A stretch of 64,000 nucleotides of DNA from Candidatus Micrarchaeia archaeon. GTDB lineage: Archaea > Micrarchaeota > Micrarchaeia > Anstonellales > J096. The stretch lies in assembly GCA_041500865.1 (NCBI GenBank), contig JBGQMY010000003.1:1-64000 (forward strand), read 5' to 3'. The notes beneath the pieces were generated by a model. That model made no database searches and was not told the origin of the DNA. It saw only the letters and a program-made list of their open reading frames with translations. Both the position numbers and the translations under genes were made by a program. Shown here one piece after another: positions 45,601-55,260 of the stretch (its first letter is position 1; every line of letters starts with the position of its first letter).

Positions 45601-48126
45601 TACTTCCTGAACAACATACAGCTCAACGCCGAGGAGAACAGGTCGTACCTTGACCATGTGCTCAAAATGCCGGAAGGCAATGGCATAGACGTGTGGGAAG
45701 CGCCTGAAACAATAGCGCAGCAGCTGGAGACGGAAAGGAGCAACCGCATAGAAAACATGAGGTCGGAAGGCTGGAAGACGATAATGGGAAGCAGCGACAA
45801 GGCAACCGAGATGTACAGGATGCTGGGGTTCCAGCAGGCGTATGACTATTACTCCTCCTACCTGAAAAAGAACAAGGACAGCACATACGATTACAGCGAC
45901 GCATCAGCCCTTGACGCTGAGCTGGAGCGGATTTTCGGAAAGGACATGCTCGACAACGTGAACCTGTCTGTAAAGTTCGCCATGAACATGTACACACCCA
46001 ATAGGAATGTCTCCAAATACGACCTTGACAGGCTGTCTACCCGGTTCAAGATGGTCCTGGCATCCAACCTTGTCCTGGAGGCGCCGTACTACGACTTGAG
46101 CAACACGGCAAAGCAGGGCTCCAAGAGCATTCCCGTTTCCGTGACAAAGAAGGACGGGGCAAAGGAGAGTGTCAATATCCAGTACCACGACAACATGGTG
46201 CAGAGATGGATAGAGGGCTACCGCAGCGCAAGGATTGGCGGGATATCCGTTGACAAGGACATGATTGAGGGCTTCATAGGCAGCATAGCGCAATGCAAAT
46301 GGGCAGCGACGCTCAAGCCTGGCCAGTATTCCATAACGTTCGAGAACGACCTGCACGAATTGAGGTCTTTCGACGTCACGGTAAGCAAGGTCGGTGGCGA
46401 CATGAAAGGCGCGGCAGCCAACATAAAGATAGAGCCGATGTCCACGCTTGAGGACCTGCTGAAGACGCCCGGCGGATTCAGGGCGTACGAGGGCGACAGG
46501 ATAGTCATGAGGAACAAGGCCGACAACAGCGTGGCGCTGGCAACAAAGTCCAATTTCGGGGTTTTGATGGTGGCGAGCGCAAAGGTCGGCGGAAGGGGAT
46601 TCGAGAATGCCGTAAACCAGGTGTCGCTGATGAACGACAACCTCGTGCCTGACGGAAGGCTTGAGGAGGGAACGCAGCCCGCATCGTTCTGGACAGGGCT
46701 GTACTTTGCCGTTACGAAGAAGGAGGCCATGTCATTCATCTCAAACAGGCAGATGGCGCTGTACGACATCGCGGCGACCTTCAGGCCAATCCGCGACATC
46801 AGGCCCGAGGTGCCTGTCAAGGTGACAAAAGTCCTTGGCAAGGAAACGCTGGACTTTGCGGCGCTCATAGGCGCCCCAAGCGATGCCGGAATATCCACCA
46901 CGTGGGTGGATGCCGGCGGAGCGGTGCACAACTGGTTCTCGGAGATGGCTGAAGGAAAACTGACAATAGACGAGAATGGGAACCTTTCTGCGCAGATAAT
47001 GTCAAGGGCGACAGGAACGCAGCTCATGCTCGGCGAGCTCAAAACGGAGCTTGACAGGCTTGGCTACACCGACGGCACGCCGCAAAGGGCCATCATACTG
47101 CAGCACCTGTTCGGCACAGGGCCGTACAACGACAACATGGTAATCGAGGTCGTGGCGACCCAGCAGGGCAACAGGATATTCATAGTGACTAAAGGCGCGC
47201 AGAACATGGCACAGGCGGAGATAGGCATTGAAATAGACAGGCAGACCATATCGGAAATGAGGTACGGATACCTCACCGACAGGCTAAGGCTCTTCATAGC
47301 GACGCAGACGCAGCTGAAGCTCGGGAACGAGATAATAAACGTAAGGGTTGAGCTTGGGAAGACCGCAGCCGATTTCCAAAGCATGAAGAGGTTCAAGGAC
47401 ATCAAGACTGCGATAGTGAACGCATACCTCAGCTCGAACATATTCGGCGCGGGATGGAGCACGGTGCTTTCTGAAAGCGGGAATGCGGTGACAGTGCAGC
47501 CGTACCTTGTGGCTTACCTGGAGCACATGATGCCCAACGACCTGCAGAGGATAATCGAGACCGGCGGCGGAGTTTCCGGAATCCTGGAGACCGCAAATGC
47601 GGAATTCGGCGCCACCCCGCAGCTGACAGGCATAACAGTCGGGCAAGGGGGGGACTGGATGGTAACCCCGAGCCTGAACCTGTACCAGAGATGGTTCACG
47701 GGAAGGCATTTTGACCTGTACCAGAGCGCTTCGGTGCACTACAGGTTCCCCACAGCCGGTCTCGTGGACAGGGTAAGCAAGGGGCATCTTGGGGGAACCT
47801 GGGGGGGTGGGGGGAACCTCGGATTCGACTACATAATAGACAGGAACTGGAGGATGGGCCTTGGCGGAGGGTATGAATACGCCCCAATCTCCATACAGGC
47901 GCCTGTAAGCGTGTTCAGCTCCAGCGCCAGCATATCGTTCAGGAACAGGCTTTCGCTTGAGGTGATGGCCAACTACCAGCTGGACAAGGACTGGGGAACG
48001 GAGAACCTGCCTGTGCTGGGCCGCGGAGTCGTCGCAGGCAAGGCCGCGCTTGTCTACAACATCGGAAGGCTTGACTTCACCCCAAAGGAAAAGGGAACAG
48101 CAGCGAAGAAGGGCGGTAAGAAATGA
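42676..48126 (+). CDS. giant hypothetical protein (1816 aa), helical N-terminal part, beta-strand-rich C-terminus
   Basis: uninterrupted ORF; alternative start 42790 with GGTGA RBS. Confidence 0.85.
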   Translation: MAALKNKLRRAVVYTMIAANAGNASPAWLPRHERLGETMAETTVKGVEKKDEDARLKKGAKMLYDTYKKLYPKVDEKQYYMYLTAFGKKLNIYNVEAFNTSIGDVRNIGNGQMTFMAIKELERQRLEKKEAESSGKSFVQMQKEKETRRAETAGQRAKKREAVKEEVSKVITGGEITPETKPAKVTAPAVIAGKGIFGQTQGVFQTEQNVLKGSDGNAMLDSRGAVQYAYPSNMASLQSLGVVDYSALKEATGNDFIDQLRKSEAKGGTVEERGQRSFETTARMIGAIVLYNSFAFADKAGTVKKNQLKDYCGDDGYAENLGRVLSAKPLRNQGQFIGEVTSFIGAYVKNGKLTEINGEGKDEKGKSNVGMYVYSIAAIGSAYTQRVIGETFESQMSYLQERKKAAETQKAGLEGQVKEEAKRPAAAQRAKKLAGEDAETQLKKADAEIQSITDMTDSISSYSWYYKKPMTVSELYKRHRDEDRKRLTSLNDYVGGLNIPQRIKRPFQDALENEKTQMVLLQMAIEEANPEGRMTLAELREKGNIWRNYKTLVTHKLKEIATYKLNKGQRLIYVMLNNRYGDLVDAIEAKLGPEETARFIVDLADPSQAKKQGMSYDDYIRATLKDKWINGGISPVKDAKGSILKDPRGNVIKRGRSCLDDYRSGFNSSYGQKSGSLDSQRFPDKLVASLVIDHRITQAELDFLIANRGDMKPEEALNAFNAKLNDAKKNFNEKSYSTVKRMVDEAQGLIGFDKAYYEEFRDIILVRLALIDMTNRATQRTSSLTLDGIIEGNLSGVRAFGAKTAALVAKVDEIAPLEKMPDNITGDAKGVLLQRARTQRINAYIELFNNEFFTLNDERYTKITVQRLNDFKLRLDTWEEVLKTMKEDDPYHIAKDTVLRAGCIRTLESMKQRLDAIMKEVGDKGIDLSEIKDPGDRFLLDLVINGRVIIAGINGFRYYDNVATVDRQGFIPVIFYFLNNIQLNAEENRSYLDHVLKMPEGNGIDVWEAPETIAQQLETERSNRIENMRSEGWKTIMGSSDKATEMYRMLGFQQAYDYYSSYLKKNKDSTYDYSDASALDAELERIFGKDMLDNVNLSVKFAMNMYTPNRNVSKYDLDRLSTRFKMVLASNLVLEAPYYDLSNTAKQGSKSIPVSVTKKDGAKESVNIQYHDNMVQRWIEGYRSARIGGISVDKDMIEGFIGSIAQCKWAATLKPGQYSITFENDLHELRSFDVTVSKVGGDMKGAAANIKIEPMSTLEDLLKTPGGFRAYEGDRIVMRNKADNSVALATKSNFGVLMVASAKVGGRGFENAVNQVSLMNDNLVPDGRLEEGTQPASFWTGLYFAVTKKEAMSFISNRQMALYDIAATFRPIRDIRPEVPVKVTKVLGKETLDFAALIGAPSDAGISTTWVDAGGAVHNWFSEMAEGKLTIDENGNLSAQIMSRATGTQLMLGELKTELDRLGYTDGTPQRAIILQHLFGTGPYNDNMVIEVVATQQGNRIFIVTKGAQNMAQAEIGIEIDRQTISEMRYGYLTDRLRLFIATQTQLKLGNEIINVRVELGKTAADFQSMKRFKDIKTAIVNAYLSSNIFGAGWSTVLSESGNAVTVQPYLVAYLEHMMPNDLQRIIETGGGVSGILETANAEFGATPQLTGITVGQGGDWMVTPSLNLYQRWFTGRHFDLYQSASVHYRFPTAGLVDRVSKGHLGGTWGGGGNLGFDYIIDRNWRMGLGGGYEYAPISIQAPVSVFSSSASISFRNRLSLEVMANYQLDKDWGTENLPVLGRGVVAGKAALVYNIGRLDFTPKEKGTAAKKGGKK

Positions 48127-49730
48127 GAATGCTGAAACTGGCGTTTGCGATTTGCCTGCTCGCCGGCGTTTCGCTGGCGCTGCAGTGGGGGGGAAGCGCG
48201 ACCAGCAACGTAAGGTACGACGGCGGAAGCATAGCGACTTCCTGCATTGGCGAGCCAAGGCAGGACCCGTTCGACCTTTACGCCAACATACTGCATACGC
48301 TAACGGTCAACGCAAGCCTGACGCAGAACGGCGTTGAGCCGGCCGAGTTTTCCTCAGGGCCGGCAAACCTGGACATAAGGGTGACGACGAACACCAGCAT
48401 AGGCGCCATACTCGCGTCCTCATCGCTTAATTTCAACCAGAATGCGCAGCCTTCTCCTGCCGCAGCGAACCTTGCGTTTGACAATGCGGAATACAGCTAC
48501 ATAAGCAGCAAGTATCCGGTCTGCATAAACGAGGACCCCTCAAGGCCCGACGACAGGGGCGTGCATTACCTCAACTACATTTACGGCAGCGCAACGTGCA
48601 ACCATGCAATGAGTGCCGCGGACGCAGTAACCGTCAATGTCGGATACAAGCCGTGCATGGCGGGGCCTGTCAGCGGCATGGGCAAGGGATACATGTACTG
48701 CACCGGCGGAACGCTCAAGGTCAATGGGCTGAACGCAGGCACGTTTTCATCCAGCCAGCAGTCATTCAGCACGACGGTAAATCTCGCAACAGGCACGACA
48801 TCCATTCCCGTGTCAGTCACATACCAGTGCTACTTCGTTTTGGAAAAATACCTCAACACCGGGGACGTCCAGCCGATTGAACACCTGATATACCAGATGC
48901 CTGGCGGAGTGCCGATAACGCAGACTGTCAACATACCCATAAACAGGGTCAATCCGCCGCAAATCAACCTCGTGCCGTTCATAACGCTGAACAACACCAA
49001 CTATTATACCGGGACGCATGTAACCGTAAACAAGGTCAATACGAAATTCGACATATCGTTCTTTGTCAACAGGACGGACAATCTCGTGCTGATAGAGACG
49101 CCATACCTGAACTGGTCAATAACGTCAACGCCGCCCGAGCTAATCACCAGGACATACAGGGACTTCAAGCTCGTCCCTCCGCTCACTGTAGGGACGCCGC
49201 ACCATCTGGTTCCGTCAGGCACAACGCCGCCCATAACAATAACGGTCTGCAGGCCAGGATTTGACACTGACACTATCACGCTGAACATCAACCAATGGAG
49301 GTCAATAATAGAGAGCAGCTACGACGACAACAGCATAACAATAACGTTTGACTGCAGCAGCCTGGACAATCCCATGTGCACGTTCAACCCAAGCACCCTG
49401 ATAACGTATCCTGGCCAGACGAAGATGACGAACATGAGCTGCTACGACAAGAGGACTATGGAGCCCATGGACTGCCCCTCATACAGCGATGCGTCAATAA
49501 CCCACGCAAACGGGGAATTTTCGAGCCATTACCTACCCCTGGCATGGACGTATGACATCAGCGAGAATGCGACCAACCTGGTCAATGTAACCGCAATAGG
49601 AGGCACGAACCCTGACGAGGGGACTTACAGCGACACTGTCACGGCGACGTTCCCTGGCAGCTACGTCCAGCCGTTCAGTTGCAAATTCAACCTTGAATGG
49701 GGAAGGCCCGACTGCAGGTATTACATGTAG
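48123..49730 (+). CDS. secreted beta-rich Cys-containing protein
   Basis: signal peptide MRMLKLAFAICLLAGVSLA; Thr/Asn-rich; ATGA-coupled to giant gene. Confidence 0.8.
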   Translation: MRMLKLAFAICLLAGVSLALQWGGSATSNVRYDGGSIATSCIGEPRQDPFDLYANILHTLTVNASLTQNGVEPAEFSSGPANLDIRVTTNTSIGAILASSSLNFNQNAQPSPAAANLAFDNAEYSYISSKYPVCINEDPSRPDDRGVHYLNYIYGSATCNHAMSAADAVTVNVGYKPCMAGPVSGMGKGYMYCTGGTLKVNGLNAGTFSSSQQSFSTTVNLATGTTSIPVSVTYQCYFVLEKYLNTGDVQPIEHLIYQMPGGVPITQTVNIPINRVNPPQINLVPFITLNNTNYYTGTHVTVNKVNTKFDISFFVNRTDNLVLIETPYLNWSITSTPPELITRTYRDFKLVPPLTVGTPHHLVPSGTTPPITITVCRPGFDTDTITLNINQWRSIIESSYDDNSITITFDCSSLDNPMCTFNPSTLITYPGQTKMTNMSCYDKRTMEPMDCPSYSDASITHANGEFSSHYLPLAWTYDISENATNLVNVTAIGGTNPDEGTYSDTVTATFPGSYVQPFSCKFNLEWGRPDCRYYM

Positions 49731-50191
49731 TCTGTTATTGAGCAGAACGCATCCCTGCTCTTGCCGAGCAGGAAAACCCTTTTTTTCATCCTGTTGGCCT
49801 TTTTCATCACGCTTTCGCTTGAGGTAAGTATGTCCCTGAAGCCCGGATACTTTTCCAAATCGGCTTCATTGTCCGCCTTCAGGAGGCTGAACTTTGGATT
49901 GAAATTCTCCGGGACATTGGGCGGGATGAACGCAACCCGCACGTCCATTGCATATAGCTTGTCAAGGAAGCGGATTTTCGGCATCTCTACCTGGATGAAC
50001 AGCATCCGCGTGAGCGCGTCGTATATGTCAAGGTTCTTGCTGACGCCCTTTTCAAGGTCCTTGTCAATTATATGCAGCAAATCCGCGTCTATGCTCCGCG
50101 CGACCTCTATGGCAGGGCCGACCTTCCTCAGCGAGCTGTTGAAAAACGAGTAGAACGACTTGCCCCTGAGGCAGAGCCTGTAGCCTTTCAA
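49721..50191 (-). CDS. degenerate HisA/HisF-like partial barrel protein
   Basis: ADLLHIIDKD..KG...NLDI resembles HisA N-terminus; coupled to hisS. Confidence 0.5.
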   Translation of the reverse strand: MKGYRLCLRGKSFYSFFNSSLRKVGPAIEVARSIDADLLHIIDKDLEKGVSKNLDIYDALTRMLFIQVEMPKIRFLDKLYAMDVRVAFIPPNVPENFNPKFSLLKADNEADLEKYPGFRDILTSSESVMKKANRMKKRVFLLGKSRDAFCSITDYM

Positions 50192-51411
50192 GACAGCTTC
50201 CCCCCTAGCTTGGAGATTGGAACTGCCTCTTCCTTGCCGCTCTTCATGTCCCTTAAAACGGCCTTGCCTTCGGCATACTCCTTAGGCCCGACAATCACGA
50301 TGAACGGCATCGCCATCTTGTTGGCATAGTCCAGCTGCGCAGAAAGCGACCTTTTTGAATAGTTCATGTCTGCATTGATTCCTGCCTTCCTTAATGCCGA
50401 GGCCACTTCAAACGCCTCCTTTTCCATGTCCTTGACCCAGGCGACGTATGCCTTTGCATACGTTTTGACTGAAGGCGGCTGCTCCTTTCTCAAAAGATAG
50501 TAAAGCCTCTCAAACCCGAAGCTTATGCCTGCAGCGCAGTCCGGCTGGCCATACATGCCAAGCAGGCTGTCATACCTTCCGCCTGCGCAAACAGTGCCGA
50601 TTTCCTCGCTGAGCTTGAGCTCGTAGATGGGGCCTGTGTAATAATCAAGGCCTCTGACAAGATATGGCTTTATCTCGGCGTTATTGAAACGTTCAAGGAT
50701 GTACTCCAGCTCCTTCGCGCCTTCCTCGCTGAACTTGGAGAGGTAGGACAAAAGCTTCTTATTGTCGCCCTCCACGAAAACGTCGGAAACGATTTCCTTT
50801 GCCTTTTCCTTGCCAAACGCCTTGGAAAGGTCCGAAAGCACGCCATCCTTTCCGGTCCTGTCGTACTTGTCTATTATCCTCAGCGCGGAATCCCTGTCCA
50901 CGTTCCATTTTGCAGCCATGCCTTCCAGTATCTTCCTGCTGTTCAGCCAGAATTTCGCCTCTGAAACGTCAAACCCTGTTGCCTTCAATCCCTCAACCGC
51001 GAGGCTGAGAAGCTCCACTTCCGCTGACTGCTCCTTCACGCCTATGATGTCGCAGTCTGCCTGCACGAATTCGCGGTACCTTGCCTTCTGCGGCTCCTCG
51101 TTGCGCCATACCGTGCCTATCGCATAACGCTTGAAAGGCTTGTAAAGCGAAAGGTTGGATGCGGCATAGCGCGCAAGCGGAACGGTCAGGTCGAACCTCA
51201 GGCCGATGTTTTCTCCCTCAATCTTGAAAATTTCCTCCTTCACGGCCTCCCCGCTTTTTTTCGTCAGCGTGGAAAGGAATTCCATGGAGCCTGTTTCTGC
51301 AGGGTAGAACCCGTATTTCCTGAACACGGCCCTGAGGCTGTCTGCCATTTTTTCCCTTTGCATGCTTTCCTCCACAGTGAAATCCCTTATGCCTGTCGGG
51401 GTCTGCTCCAT
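50188..51411 (-). CDS. hisS: histidyl-tRNA synthetase
   Basis: LRFDLTVPLAR, RYREFVQADCD, RGLDYYTG, GGRYD. Confidence 0.95.
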   Translation of the reverse strand: MEQTPTGIRDFTVEESMQREKMADSLRAVFRKYGFYPAETGSMEFLSTLTKKSGEAVKEEIFKIEGENIGLRFDLTVPLARYAASNLSLYKPFKRYAIGTVWRNEEPQKARYREFVQADCDIIGVKEQSAEVELLSLAVEGLKATGFDVSEAKFWLNSRKILEGMAAKWNVDRDSALRIIDKYDRTGKDGVLSDLSKAFGKEKAKEIVSDVFVEGDNKKLLSYLSKFSEEGAKELEYILERFNNAEIKPYLVRGLDYYTGPIYELKLSEEIGTVCAGGRYDSLLGMYGQPDCAAGISFGFERLYYLLRKEQPPSVKTYAKAYVAWVKDMEKEAFEVASALRKAGINADMNYSKRSLSAQLDYANKMAMPFIVIVGPKEYAEGKAVLRDMKSGKEEAVPISKLGGKLS

Positions 51412-51459
51412 GAGACAGAAGAAAGCAGGAAGAGTATAAAAGATTAGCGTTTTTGCGCG

Positions 51460-52770
51460 TCAGAGGGAGTTTATCTTTCTGCTGAACTCCATCATCCTGG
51501 GGTCGCCGAGCAGGAACCCCTTCTTCAGCTCTGCCTTGATTGCCCTGAGGAACATTTTCGCCCCTGCCCTGTCCCTCCTTTTCTTTGCAAGCTCATAAGC
51601 CCTTTTTGTTATGGACTCGAAGTCCAGCGCTGGCGTTATCCTGTACATTGAGTTGCTGAGCAGGACCTTCCTTGCCGTCTTTAGCGCCTTTTTCTCCCTG
51701 CCATTGTCGGCTATCCTGAGATAGAGCGCGCGGGCGCCGGCTCCCAGGCCCAGCAAACCGATTACTGCAATGATTCCGTATGTTGCGTACCTGATTATCT
51801 TCTTTTCCGTAGCCAAGAACTTTGCAAACCCTGAAGGCTCGGCATTCTTCGCAGGCTCTGCGGCTGCGACTGTTTGCTGGGCGGCATGGACGTGCCTTAT
51901 TATTGATGCCGCATGATGCTCATGATGCTTCTTTTTGGCTTCCTTTATGATTTTTGTTATTTTTGCGGCTGCGGCATGCACCGGCCTTGGCTTCGGCTTG
52001 GCAGCAAAGGCGGGCTTGCTCGCCCTTGGCTGAGTCACCCTTGTGTTATCTGTCGGCAGGTTCTGCTTTGCAACTGCAGGCGCCTTTGGCTCTGCAATTG
52101 CAGGCTTTTGCGGAACTGCCGTCATGGAGCCGTTCCAAACGTGTTGCGTGTCGTTTGCAGTCGTGGTTGCAGGTTCTGCAGCCTGTGCGCCTGTACCTGA
52201 GCCGCAGTACTTGTCGTATGTGTTTTCAAGGCCGTCCATGACAACGAAAACCGAATTCGGGATGGACCTCAGGTTTGCGCTGGTCGAATCGCCGTTCACG
52301 TAGACCATATGAAGGACGAGGGTGCCGGGCGAAACGACCGGAACGCCCTTTCCCTTTATCTCGCCCACAACGTCACCAAGCAGAAGCAGGGACCTGCGGT
52401 TGAGGCCCTTTGCGCTGAAATAATCGTTTACCACGTCGTTTATCTGCGACGCATCGGTTGAATTGGAGAAAAGCCAGAGCAGGTTGTCCCTTGCCTTTGC
52501 CTCCCTTGCGGTGGGCTTTTGTATGCCAACGTCGCTGAAGATGGAGTCCACTGACCAGGTCCTTTCTGACTCTGATTTGGAGAAAAGCGAGGAAACGAGC
52601 TCCGCCTTGGACGTTGTGTCCGCAAGCGGCTCGGCAAAGGAAATGCTTTTTCCTATTGTCGGGCTTAGCGCAACAGCCATGCCGGTTGCTATGATTACTG
52701 ATATCGGCACTCTTTTTTGGGCATATTTGCTAGCAGTGTTGTTTCTCCATACGCCTTCTGCCTTTACCAT
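51460..52770 (-). CDS. membrane-anchored hypothetical protein
   Basis: N-terminal hydrophobic segment, low-complexity linker, TM, C-terminal domain shared with 52839-53597. Confidence 0.75.
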   Translation of the reverse strand: MVKAEGVWRNNTASKYAQKRVPISVIIATGMAVALSPTIGKSISFAEPLADTTSKAELVSSLFSKSESERTWSVDSIFSDVGIQKPTAREAKARDNLLWLFSNSTDASQINDVVNDYFSAKGLNRRSLLLLGDVVGEIKGKGVPVVSPGTLVLHMVYVNGDSTSANLRSIPNSVFVVMDGLENTYDKYCGSGTGAQAAEPATTTANDTQHVWNGSMTAVPQKPAIAEPKAPAVAKQNLPTDNTRVTQPRASKPAFAAKPKPRPVHAAAAKITKIIKEAKKKHHEHHAASIIRHVHAAQQTVAAAEPAKNAEPSGFAKFLATEKKIIRYATYGIIAVIGLLGLGAGARALYLRIADNGREKKALKTARKVLLSNSMYRITPALDFESITKRAYELAKKRRDRAGAKMFLRAIKAELKKGFLLGDPRMMEFSRKINSL

Positions 52771-52838
52771 ATTTATCCACTATTATATACACAAAAAGAG
52801 TTTTTAAACCTATCTGCCTGTCCCGCCATTTAAAAGGC

Positions 52839-53597
52839 TCAGACGGACTTCAGCCCGGCATAAAAGTCCCTCATCCGAGGGTCATAAGTGCCGAATGCCG
52901 TGGTAAGCTCCTTTTCAACGTCCATGAGGAATGACCTGGCTTCCTTCCTGTTTTTCACTGTCCTGGCTATCGCAATGGCCCTGGCTGTTATCGCTTCAAC
53001 AGTGAGCCCCGGCTTTTTCTTGGACGGAACGGCGATCAGCTTCTGGGACATGATGACATGCCTTGCCCTCCTGAGCGCGATGTTCTCCTTGAAGCGCCTT
53101 ACTATGCCCTCGAACCTTGTCTTGGACCTTGGCTTGGCACGCCTTGGCTTCTTCCGCCTGGATATTGCATATGCCGCGGCTGCAGCCCCTATAATCCCCG
53201 TGCCTGCAAGGATGCCCTTCCATGGCAGTTTCTTGGCAGGCTTTTTCCCATGCCCGGCATCATTTGAGATGGCAAGCGCGTCTCCAAGTTCATTGCTCTT
53301 TTCAGCCTTGGCGGCCATATGCATTGCCCTGGCACATCTGCATTTGGCATGCGCCTTGGCCTTGGCCAGCCCCCCTGGGCTCTTTTGTTCCTCCTTGTTT
53401 TTGCCCAAGACCTTTTTTGGGATGGCCTGCGCTGAGGAATAGCTGGAATCGTGCATCGGGCTCTGTTTTGCCGCATATGCGCATCCGCTTATGGATGACC
53501 CGAATGCCAGCGCAAGCGTAGCGGCCAATGCAAGCGGAAAATTGATTTTCCTGGCCTGTGTTTTGGCATACGTTTTAGCATCAATTTTATTAGCCAT
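52839..53597 (-). CDS. membrane-anchored hypothetical protein, paralogue of 51460-52770
   Basis: signal-like segment, TM, shared DPRM..F C-terminal domain. Confidence 0.75.
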   Translation of the reverse strand: MANKIDAKTYAKTQARKINFPLALAATLALAFGSSISGCAYAAKQSPMHDSSYSSAQAIPKKVLGKNKEEQKSPGGLAKAKAHAKCRCARAMHMAAKAEKSNELGDALAISNDAGHGKKPAKKLPWKGILAGTGIIGAAAAAYAISRRKKPRRAKPRSKTRFEGIVRRFKENIALRRARHVIMSQKLIAVPSKKKPGLTVEAITARAIAIARTVKNRKEARSFLMDVEKELTTAFGTYDPRMRDFYAGLKSV

Positions 53598-53635
53598 GTT
53601 TATCCATTAATATGTACCTAAAACACTTTTTAAAC

Positions 53636-54397
53636 CTATTCCTGAAGCCAGATGGGCTTTCCGTCCTTCATATCTATGGACGCGGCCTGGCTTGCAAAAA
53701 GATTAATCATGTCCGGGCTGTTGATTTGCCTGGCATAGCCAAGCGCATCCATGCCTGCCTTGTCTATTGCCTTGGCATCAGCGCCCTTGCTTACCAGGAA
53801 AGCGCATGTTTCGCTGAATCCCCTCATTGCTGCCCAGATGAGCGCGGTCCTGCCCCATACAGTATCACTTGCGTTTATGCTTGCGCCATTTTCAATAAGC
53901 AGGCTGCATACGCCAATCCTGCCCAGGTATGCCGCCCACATGAGCGGGGTCCTGCCTGACTTGTCTGTTGCATTGACGCTTGCGCCTTTCTTTATCAGGA
54001 GTGCACAGGTGCTGGCTCTCCCACGGTATGCTGATTCCATGAGCGGGGTGATGCCATTCACGTCAGTCGTTTCCATGTCCGCGCCATTTTCCAGCAGGAA
54101 TGCGCATATCCTTTTGTTGCCTGCGCCCGCAGACCCCATGAGCGCGGTTTTGCCGCATTCGCTCTTTGCATTGACGTCCGCGCCAGCCTTGATGAGCCGC
54201 AGGATTTCTTCTGCATTTTTCGAGCCCTGCCATTGGAATTTTGCGTTCCATGCCGCATTGAGGAGTTTTTTGTCCAGTTCCTCCTGCAGGTCAGTGCGGA
54301 GCTTGCTTGGTTTGTCTGGCTCAGGCTTCATCTTTTTGTCAAAAGGCGGCTTTCTGTTAGTTGCACTGCGCCTTTGTTTCTCCGTTTTCTGCGCCAT
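53636..54397 (-). CDS. ankyrin repeat protein
   Basis: ~5 repeats, basic N-terminal leader. Confidence 0.9.
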   Translation of the reverse strand: MAQKTEKQRRSATNRKPPFDKKMKPEPDKPSKLRTDLQEELDKKLLNAAWNAKFQWQGSKNAEEILRLIKAGADVNAKSECGKTALMGSAGAGNKRICAFLLENGADMETTDVNGITPLMESAYRGRASTCALLIKKGASVNATDKSGRTPLMWAAYLGRIGVCSLLIENGASINASDTVWGRTALIWAAMRGFSETCAFLVSKGADAKAIDKAGMDALGYARQINSPDMINLFASQAASIDMKDGKPIWLQE

Positions 54398-54429
54398 GTG
54401 TCCGTTTATGTTAGAAAAAGATTAAAAGG

Positions 54430-55179
54430 TTATGCGGGGCCCGGCGACTGCCGCAAGCTGGCAATATAGGGCTTTCTTTTGGCCGGACCCATGGACGCGG
54501 CGCGCCTAAGCAGGTCAACCGTGCCTGTATGCTCGTTTTCCTGTGCCCATACGTATGCGGTCATGCCCCCATTGTCCTTTATGCTGATGTCTGCGCCTTT
54601 TTCAAGCAGCAGCATTGCCGTTTCCCTGTATCCGATTTCAGCGGCATATGTAAGCGCGGTCCTGCCGAAGTTGTCCCTTGCATCCACGTTTGCGCCTTTC
54701 CCAATCAGCAATGCGCAAATGCCGGCCTGTCCGCCAAATGCCGCATGCATCAGTGCAGTCCTTTCAAGGCTGTCTGTTGCGTCCACGATTGCGCCTTTCC
54801 CAATCAGCAGGGCGCATATGGCCATCAGCCCTGACGATGCGGCGTGCATGAGGGCAGTTCCGCCGACGTTGTCCTTTGCATCGATGGCTGCCGCGTTGTC
54901 AATCAGCATTATGCATGTCTCGGCATGCCTCCGCTGTGCGGAAAGCATCAGCGCGGTCATGCCCCTGCCGTCTACTGCATCTGCCTGCGCGCCCTGTTCC
55001 AGCAGCATTTTGGCCTTGCCTGTCTCGCCGTCCATGGCCGCCTGCAGAAGTTCCAAGCCCAGCCTTTTCTGCCGCCTGTTGGCGGGCCTCTTGCACCCAT
55101 CCGCCTCTGGCTTGAAAAATGCCCTTTCCGGCTTTTTTTCGCTTTTTGGGATTCCGAATTTACCCAATGTGAGGAGCAT
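54430..55179 (-). CDS. ankyrin repeat protein
   Basis: ~6 repeats. Confidence 0.9.
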   Translation of the reverse strand: MLLTLGKFGIPKSEKKPERAFFKPEADGCKRPANRRQKRLGLELLQAAMDGETGKAKMLLEQGAQADAVDGRGMTALMLSAQRRHAETCIMLIDNAAAIDAKDNVGGTALMHAASSGLMAICALLIGKGAIVDATDSLERTALMHAAFGGQAGICALLIGKGANVDARDNFGRTALTYAAEIGYRETAMLLLEKGADISIKDNGGMTAYVWAQENEHTGTVDLLRRAASMGPAKRKPYIASLRQSPGPA

Positions 55180-55260
55180 GTGTCTGTTTATGCATAAAAA
55201 GGATTAAAAGGTTATGCCGGGCCTGGCGGTTGCCGCAAGCTGGCAAGATAGGACTTTCTT

